In this document: positions 53,913-61,600 of the stretch, piece by piece
Layout of the letters: the number at the start of each line of letters is the position of its first letter
Numbering within the stretch: the first letter of the stretch is position 1
Assembly (NCBI GenBank): GCA_964515005.1
Contig: CAZEVT010000001.1
Location: forward strand, 310,720 to 374,719
DNA length: 64,000 nt
Direction: 5' to 3'
Origin: an uncultured Gammaproteobacteria bacterium
GTDB taxonomy: Bacteria > Patescibacteriota > Microgenomatia > UBA10105 > UBA927
The notes under the pieces: generated by a model
What the model saw: only the letters and a program-made list of their open reading frames with translations
Told to the model about the DNA's origin: nothing
The model's database searches: none
Translations under genes and position numbers: made by a program

Positions 53913-55270
53913 AGAGCTTTATATTTAGTGAGTGTTTGATACATAAGTCTATTAAATAAGTCTTTTTCTTTGGGATTTCCTTGACCCGCAAGATTCTGTT
54001 GTTCTTTGGGATCGTGGTGCATGTTGTAGAGTTTTGTTACTTTCGTTTCTTCATCATAGATAAGTTTCCAACCGTCGTTGGTGCGCAGCGATTTGAGAGA
54101 GGTGGCGTATCGATAGGAGGTTTCGGCAAAAACATCCAGTGCTAATCTAGCCCCCTTCATGAGAGGAGCCAGGCTTACTCCTTCGAGTTGGGATGCAAGG
54201 GATGCGGCGGGTGTGATGCCCACTAGTGAAAAGATTGTCGGCATGATATCTATCGTGCGCACCTGATCATCTATAATCTTTCCTTTTGATATACCAGGTA
54301 CCACAATAAGAAGCGGCACGTGTAGCAGTTCGTCGTAGAGCGTCATACCATGATCAATTCTGCCGTGCTCGTAGAATTCTTCTCCGTGGTTGGATGTGAA
54401 GATTATGATCGTTTTCTCCGCTAATCCCAATGCCTGATATGAAGCAAAAAAATTGGCAAGGCGAAGATCAGCACGAGCCAGTTTTTCATCATACAATGCC
54501 CGAAGTGTCGCCACATCTGCGGGTGTCAAAAAGACATTTCCCTGCGTCATTCCCTCTTCGCGCAGTGCCTTTTCCTCTTCTTTGGCCCCGGTAATCGGGC
54601 CCTGATAGGAACGGTCAACAAAACGTTTATCGTAGCCCTCAGGTGGTATATATTGTCCATGCACATCAAATCCATGGAGGAATATAAATAACCGTTCGTT
54701 TTTATGGGACGAGATAAAATTGAGTGCGTTGGGGGCTGCGGTATCTAGGCCATGAAATCCATCGTCGGTTATATAGCTATCAAATCCTATATCAAATCCA
54801 AATCCGGTGGCAAACGGCCCGCCTCCCATAAAAGCGGCCGTCGTATATCCTTGAGCCTTTAGAGCCCCCGCCAGCGTGACAATCTGCGGGGAAACAGTCG
54901 CAAGGTGGGCAGGAATCAAGCCTTCTTGCTCTGTTTTGCCAACCAAAACTTTGTTGACAATCTTATGTGTTGATGGATACGTACCCGTAAGCAAACTCAT
55001 AGCAGAGGGAAGGGTCCATGGTGCTGGCGCAAACGCATTACGAAACAAAAATCCCCGGCGGGATAGCGAGTCAATAAACGGTGTGGCAGGTCGTGGATTT
55101 CCTAATACACCCAGACCATCCGCCCGTAACGGATCAAGAGCAATAAGAATAATATTACAATCCGCGCACCGGAAGGCTTGTTGCGTATGGGGGTAAACAA
55201 CAGCCCATTGATACCAACCCAACGCGATGAGCATACCCAGAACGGCAATACGTAATGTTATCGATTTCAT
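53909..55270 (-). CDS. sulfatase-fold (alkaline phosphatase superfamily) hydrolase/transferase, paralog
   Basis: LIALDPLRAD ... SNHGEEFYEHGRIDHG, with T-L-P-S-A at the position of the FGly motif. It overlaps the downstream paralog by 4 nt. Confidence 0.7.
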   Translation of the reverse strand: MKSITLRIAVLGMLIALGWYQWAVVYPHTQQAFRCADCNIILIALDPLRADGLGVLGNPRPATPFIDSLSRRGFLFRNAFAPAPWTLPSAMSLLTGTYPSTHKIVNKVLVGKTEQEGLIPAHLATVSPQIVTLAGALKAQGYTTAAFMGGGPFATGFGFDIGFDSYITDDGFHGLDTAAPNALNFISSHKNERLFIFLHGFDVHGQYIPPEGYDKRFVDRSYQGPITGAKEEEKALREEGMTQGNVFLTPADVATLRALYDEKLARADLRLANFFASYQALGLAEKTIIIFTSNHGEEFYEHGRIDHGMTLYDELLHVPLLIVVPGISKGKIIDDQVRTIDIMPTIFSLVGITPAASLASQLEGVSLAPLMKGARLALDVFAETSYRYATSLKSLRTNDGWKLIYDEETKVTKLYNMHHDPKEQQNLAGQGNPKEKDLFNRLMYQTLTKYKAL

Positions 55271-55310
55271 TCGTGTGGTATAGTTAACTATATCAGATTA
55301 GAAATAGAGT

Positions 55311-55922
55311 ATGCCACGTAAGAAATATTTCACCGTTTTCATTGCCATAGGTATAACTATCGGTGCGGTTCTTTTGGTCAGCAAGAATGCTCGTCATCAG
55401 TCTCTATGCGATGGACTCAGGTGCATCCGGATGACAGATAGCCAGTCATATCAAGAAAAAGAACTATATAGTGATACTCCCAACGTCTACCGTGCGCTCT
55501 ATAGCTTTGGAGAGCGGTATATTCGCATCGAAGCCCAGCGCGTGAGTTCGGCAGACGCAGAGCAAACACTTGAGGGTTCCGTGACGCGCATGAAGGCGCT
55601 GTTTGAAAATGCTCCCGCCCCGTACCCGGGTGAAATATCCGACACCATCGTGTGTGATAAAGCATTTGCCCCAACATATGCCGAGCGAAGCCCAACCACA
55701 GATGGATCCCTAAAATACTTTATCGGATATCTTAACAATCGTATGACCTTTGGGTCGTGTTCTGTGGATCAGGCAGTATACAAAGGGATCATGGGGTTCA
55801 TGTATTGTCCCAATCGTGCGGTCATTGTGCGTGTTGAACTCATTGCACCAACAAGAGAATTTCAAGCGAATGAGGAAGTCCTTACCTCTCAATTTCTTTC
55901 CCTTGGGTGCAGCGGGGATTAG
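55311..55922 (+). CDS. hypothetical membrane-anchored protein
   Basis: An N-terminal TM helix and several Cys in the C-terminal domain. No family recognised. Confidence 0.4.
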   Translation: MPRKKYFTVFIAIGITIGAVLLVSKNARHQSLCDGLRCIRMTDSQSYQEKELYSDTPNVYRALYSFGERYIRIEAQRVSSADAEQTLEGSVTRMKALFENAPAPYPGEISDTIVCDKAFAPTYAERSPTTDGSLKYFIGYLNNRMTFGSCSVDQAVYKGIMGFMYCPNRAVIVRVELIAPTREFQANEEVLTSQFLSLGCSGD

Positions 55923-57955
55923 GGGAGAAAGATATCCAGCGGCTTGCCCTGGACAAAATCGGGGATTTTCACTTTAAGCGCTTTCATGATCGTCGGATAT
56001 TGATCGATGAGGGAAAATGGTGTATTTCCCAAGAAATGATTGCGTTTTATGCCCGGTCCAGCCATGATAAAGGGCGTCCACATTCCGGGAACGTCCTGTG
56101 CTTTAATAGCCTGTTTGTATCCCGAGATGAGGGGTTTTTCAAACAGACGCCGGTCTTGCGTCATCTCCTCATTCCATCCGTACCCGGGCGCGTTTGCGAT
56201 AATAAGGTCTCCTGCGCGGTCCGGATCCATGCGGACATGGTCGCGGGCGTCTTCCCATTTTACAATATCGGCAAGAGGGGCAACTCCTTCAGGAGTTTTT
56301 ACGTTTTTGAGGGTCTCGATGACTTGGTTTCGCAGAAGTTCATACGCCGGGCCGCTTGCGCGCTCGTAATTTCCATCAAGCCCATTGGGATTGATATAGA
56401 TATGTGCCATTTTGAGATAGACGACTTTGGAATTTTTCCAGTCGATAATCGGTTCTCCAGTTTTGGGATCAATCGTAAAGGAGAGCCAGCCCTTTTGCGC
56501 AAATAGGTTATTGAGGTTTACGTAGGTGTTGATAGGTACCGCGCCGTGATCACTACTGATGACAATATATGAGTTCGGGCCTTTTTTCGCGAGTATTTGC
56601 CCGATGAGCACATCAAGCTCTTTATACATATCCTGTACTTCCATCCAAAGTTTTTCCCGTTCAGTAGGCGTTACATCTTTGTAGGTAGTGCTTGCCGGAT
56701 CCACAGATCCCATCCACCAGCGGCTGGTGAGCATCTGGTTCGGGGTATAGATGTCATGGATTACCACATCAGGCTTAAAGAGGTTGAGGACCGCAGCTAC
56801 CGCCTTCGTATGCCAGGCGTAGGACATCGTCGCCTCATCTTGGAATATCTGCTTGTCTTCGGGGTAGTAGATAAGCTGGGCGGGGAAGTTATCAGCAAAA
56901 TCCACCTGCGGGCCCGTGGCCGCGAGCATTTTTTCGGCCGCTTCCTGCGGGAATGTATTGTATTGGTTGAGCGTGTCATAGAGAACGCGTACCCGGAAGA
57001 AGCCAGTGGGATCAAGCTTGACGATCGCAAGCTTCATATGGGAGGGGATTTTGATCTCTTCGTCTTGAGGCTTCCAGGTGAGCGTCACCGGCATCCAGTT
57101 GCTCCAGGTGGCTTCGGTCAGATCGGCAAGTATCGCGGTTTTGTCCATAGAAAAGGCTACTTTGTCATAGTTTGTTATTTTGTCATCTGTTGTGTCATAG
57201 ATATATCCATATATGGTAGCGCCCCAGCCGGTTAAGGCTATTTCTTTTCCCGGGCTGAATGTTACCGGCGCATTCTTCCAGTCTTTAACAAGGGTATCGT
57301 CTATATAATTGGTGAGAGCTGGCCCGAAGTAGAAAAATCTAGATCCTCTTCCCTGGGCAATTTTTCGGGATACATCTCCTTTGGTTTCGAAAAGGAGGGC
57401 AAAAAAATCCGGCCCCCATCCGCCCCAGCGGCCACGCATGACGATTCCTTTTTGAATTTCCGGAGGAGTGGATCCGGGAACCGATATGATGGCGACTTTT
57501 TTGCCTGCTTCTTCGAGGGTTTTCCAAATAGGGGGGACCTTTTTGGCGGTTGAACTGAAGCCGCCGATGGCGACTTTATCCAGTGGCTTGCCAATTGCTC
57601 TCATGGGGCCATCATCCACGCCGTTTATCTCCGGGTACGAACCCGTCAAAAGCGCGGCAAAGTTCGTCGGCGTATGGCTGGGGAAATTGGGATACGAATA
57701 GCCGTAGGACCCCATCTCCATGAGCTTCTTTATATTCGGCAGCTTTCCTTCCTTGGCCCATTGGAATACGGTGAAAAGGTCCGGCTCTGCACGTACTCCG
57801 TCGGGAATAAACCAGTAAAGTGTGTATGAGGGGACAAGGCGGGGGATAAGAAAAACACCAATAAGTATAAGTAGTCCGATCACCAGATATCGGAGTCGTG
57901 TCATGAGAAATACTATAAGAGTGGTATGGACAAATGTCAAGGAGGCGCGTTGCAT
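55919..57955 (-). CDS. type I phosphodiesterase / nucleotide pyrophosphatase (NPP)-family alkaline-phosphatase-superfamily enzyme
   Basis: A TM anchor, then WFIPDGVRAE and YPNFPSHTPTNFAALLTG (Thr nucleophile) and a distal SSDHG metal site. It is 678 aa with a large inserted domain. Confidence 0.65.
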   Translation of the reverse strand: MQRASLTFVHTTLIVFLMTRLRYLVIGLLILIGVFLIPRLVPSYTLYWFIPDGVRAEPDLFTVFQWAKEGKLPNIKKLMEMGSYGYSYPNFPSHTPTNFAALLTGSYPEINGVDDGPMRAIGKPLDKVAIGGFSSTAKKVPPIWKTLEEAGKKVAIISVPGSTPPEIQKGIVMRGRWGGWGPDFFALLFETKGDVSRKIAQGRGSRFFYFGPALTNYIDDTLVKDWKNAPVTFSPGKEIALTGWGATIYGYIYDTTDDKITNYDKVAFSMDKTAILADLTEATWSNWMPVTLTWKPQDEEIKIPSHMKLAIVKLDPTGFFRVRVLYDTLNQYNTFPQEAAEKMLAATGPQVDFADNFPAQLIYYPEDKQIFQDEATMSYAWHTKAVAAVLNLFKPDVVIHDIYTPNQMLTSRWWMGSVDPASTTYKDVTPTEREKLWMEVQDMYKELDVLIGQILAKKGPNSYIVISSDHGAVPINTYVNLNNLFAQKGWLSFTIDPKTGEPIIDWKNSKVVYLKMAHIYINPNGLDGNYERASGPAYELLRNQVIETLKNVKTPEGVAPLADIVKWEDARDHVRMDPDRAGDLIIANAPGYGWNEEMTQDRRLFEKPLISGYKQAIKAQDVPGMWTPFIMAGPGIKRNHFLGNTPFSLIDQYPTIMKALKVKIPDFVQGKPLDIFLP

Positions 57956-57980
57956 TTTACCAGGGTGTATGTCAGACTAA

Positions 57981-58655
57981 TTGTATTGTATGCGTTTGGT
58001 AAGACAAAAAGGCTTTACCCTCGTCGAACTTCTCATTGTCATTGCGCTTGTTATTATTATTCTTATCTTGGTCCTTTTAAGCTTGAGGACACAGATAATG
58101 CGGGCCCGGGACGCTAAGCGAAAAACAGATCTGAGCCGTATCCAGAAATCATTTGAGGAATATGTTAATGATCGGGATAGATACCCCAATGAGGATATTT
58201 TAGATAATTGTGAAAGCCATGACCTCGCTCCGTACCTTGAATCGGTTCCCTGTGATCCTTCTACCCGTGAGCCCTACCTGTATGTGCCCGTTGAGCCTGT
58301 GGGCGCCGGGTATCGAGTGTGTACCAAACTCGAGGATAAGAAGGATCCTGACATTAAGCTTCTCGGATGCCATCCCGACAACGGCTGCGGGTACGGCGCC
58401 GGGTATAATTATTGTCTGGCCGTAGGCGTACCGGTGACGCCCGACGGATTTAATCCGTTTGCCGAACCTACCCCTACGCCCACCCCTACGCCGTTCTATG
58501 CAGGAAGTTACGCCTGTACGCCTGGCGGCGCCTGCAATAATTATGATGATCCGAGTAAACCCCAATATGGCTGTCCGGTCTCCTGGGAATTTGGCTGCCC
58601 TGTACAGGGATCAAGAGAGGCTTGTGATAATCCCGCAAACCGTTGTCGTCTGTAA
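57981..58655 (+). CDS. type IV pilin-like protein with PT-repeat linker and Cys-rich C-terminus
   Basis: ...RQKG followed by FTLVELLIVIALVIIIL, the prepilin signal with Glu at +5. A PTPTPTPTP linker precedes a C-terminal Cys-rich module. Confidence 0.7.
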   Translation: MYCMRLVRQKGFTLVELLIVIALVIIILILVLLSLRTQIMRARDAKRKTDLSRIQKSFEEYVNDRDRYPNEDILDNCESHDLAPYLESVPCDPSTREPYLYVPVEPVGAGYRVCTKLEDKKDPDIKLLGCHPDNGCGYGAGYNYCLAVGVPVTPDGFNPFAEPTPTPTPTPFYAGSYACTPGGACNNYDDPSKPQYGCPVSWEFGCPVQGSREACDNPANRCRL

Positions 58656-58663
58656 GCTGCAAT

Positions 58664-61600
58664 CTAGTTTATAATCCACCAATTAAATTCAACTGGTACA
58701 GAAAGCGGGGAATCTAATCCTACGGTGAAGGCGACATGTGGTATTTTGTCAACCACATACAAAACTTGATTGTCGGTTGAGCCCACCGGAGTGATGTAGA
58801 TAAGACTGTGATCAGTCACCTGCGTATTGGCAAGGGTGACCTGGTATTGTCCTGCCGCAAGTGTAGCCTGACCAATTGTTGGAGAGTTTTGCGTTTGTTC
58901 GGTAACCAACAATCGGGTGGTGGATAATTGTCCGGAAAACGATGCATTGCCCGAGGCGTCTATGGTTCCGACGATATTACCATTGGAGCCGCGGACTAAT
59001 AGTTTAGCAAACTCACTCCCTTGACTGCCAGAATTAGCAGAATCAGTTGCGGTAATTGGGCGGGAAATATCTATAACTAAGTCACTGGTATCAATGGGAG
59101 AGATTGTATTTGCGCCCAAAACTCCAGTAATTTCGAGATTGCCGTTTATCACCACATTCCCCAATGTGTTGACGACAATCGTGCCGTTCATAATATCGAG
59201 TGCTGCGAGTTTGCTCTTTTGCAGATAGAGCGTATCGCCAAAGCTTTCGATGCCGCCGGCTCCGATATGCACCGTTCCATCAACATCCAATCCTCCCGCA
59301 ACAGTGGTCCTGCCGAGGAGGGTCTCCCCGAAGACGGCAAGGGAATTGGTAAGCGTAATATCCCGGGTAATCTCCACATGGTTTTCCGTGACCGTTGCTC
59401 CGAAGGCAAACAGCGCGCTGGCTGTTGCCTCACCGATAGACCGGACAAGATCGGGTTGATCAGAAATAGGTGCTGCAGCGGGCGTTGCATACGTCAATTG
59501 GGTGATATTGGTAACAAATGTCGCCGACTGGGTGCTCGTTTGGAGTTCTCCATACCGGGTGACAATTCGGTCGGCATAGAGCGTACCGGCAACCGTGGCA
59601 TCAGACTGGACCTCAAGGTTTTCTGAAACGAGTACACCTGAAAATGTGGCATTTCCTAGGGAATCGAATGAGGTAGTCGGCCTGCCTTCCTGGTCGGTGA
59701 TCGTTAAGGATTGTTCCGGATTGAGCTCAACTGCGATTCCCGCTGAAGTGCTGGCAATTGGCGAGATTATATCAACGCTCAATTTGTTGATGGAGGCCAC
59801 GGGGGAGACAAGTGATTGGCCAACCACGATAGTTTGGGCAGCGATGTCATACGCCTGCAAAAACCCTGTGGATACCTGGCCACTGACTATCTGGGCAAAC
59901 GTTCCCAGACGGGTGAGCAGTTCTCCGGTCTGGTGATTGATGACCTCCCACACATCAGTAACGATGGTAAATGCCCCGCCGTCAGAAATATCAGCGTCGG
60001 GGGCCGCGCTTACGGACTGTACAAGTACAAGGACTCTGTCTTTCCCAAGATCCGGCGTCCAGTTTTCCAGTGCGCGACCCATAATGAGGTCTCCCGGGTT
60101 TGCCTTGCGGCCACGGCCGGGGATACGGGCAGAGGTGATCGCGTCTCCTGCGGCAATCGCCGCGGAATTCGAGGCGATTTTCACCGGAATCCGGCCCGCC
60201 AAGGCCAAAAGTCTTCGGTTGGGGGCTTCCAGGCCAAGCATATTTCCTGCCCTAGTTGAAATGCCGCCGATAAGTTTTTGATCATTGGCTTTGGTGGTTT
60301 TGCGAAGGATCGGTACGTCGTATTCATCTAATTCCCCTGTGACGGCAACCAGATCGCCTTCTTCGATCGCATCATCCTCCACGGTATACCACTCGGCAAG
60401 GTCGGCTCCAAACACCACCGCGTCAAGCCTTAATTGCTGAGTATCTCCGCTAAAATTATATAGTCTGACTGTATTTGCATCTGTTTGGACTATTTTGAAT
60501 CCGTTATTCCATTCAATCCTAACGTTATATAGTTTTGGCCGGAAGGCGTTGTTAGTTGTTGTAATAATCGCTCTATACTGAATATATTCATTTGGAGTAG
60601 AGGATATGGTATGCCCTGAGGCCGCATTCATGAGCCGTTCTCCCTGAATATTATCGATATACAGCGTCTGGCCAGTTGCATTAAGAGAGGTGACCCTGAG
60701 CTTTGTTATAGCATTTCTTTGGGATTCATCGATATCTGTTATATCCCAATAGACTTTTTGCCAGGTATTAACGGAATCTATATTAAATGTTTCTTCTTGT
60801 TCTGTTGCAGCACTCTCACCTATACCAAGCTTGAAGACGTTCCCGGTTGTACTGCTATAGACCCACATGCTGATAAGATCATAATTTGAAAGATCAGTTG
60901 AAGAGATGGTGGCTCCTGCATATTGACCGGATGCGCTGTACGTATCAGCGCTTCCCGAGTTGTAGAGATCTGTTTTTTCAGTCGTAGAAAGAACTTTTTT
61001 CCAGAATCCGACCTCATCGATAAGACCGTCAAAGAAGCTCGTTTCTGCGGTTGTCGTTGCTCCTATTCTGAAGTTGGCGGCGGTATCGGCGGGAACTCCC
61101 GTTTCTGCTGCGGAATCTGCCGTACCATTATTAACAGAAATATTACAGGTGTTGGCTGTTGCGTCGTGCCAAGCCAGAACATAATACCAAGTTGCTGTTG
61201 TTGTCGCACCAAACGTGTTTGCGGTGACCGTACATCTTGATGTACCACCGCTGTCGAATAACTCGAATTGTAATCTGTCCGCTGTTGCTCCGGTATAGTA
61301 AAGGGAGTATTCGCGGACTGTGGCGCTCTCATATTTACTTATAATCGTTTCTTGGGTTGTACCGGCCGATTCACTCTCCATATTTATCCAGGCTCCCACG
61401 GTAAAATCAATGTCTCCAGTTGAAGCAGATGAGTTGTCGGCAACTTCAAAAAAGTTGCCATTGGTTAGTTCCAGATCGGCGGCATTGCTTATTTTGCCTG
61501 TTCCGCTCAAAATATATGAGGTCGCGGATCGGTTGTCTGTTAAATTATTCGTACCAAAGCTATCACTTCTGGTGACTGGTGTTCCTGCAACAGCACTGCT

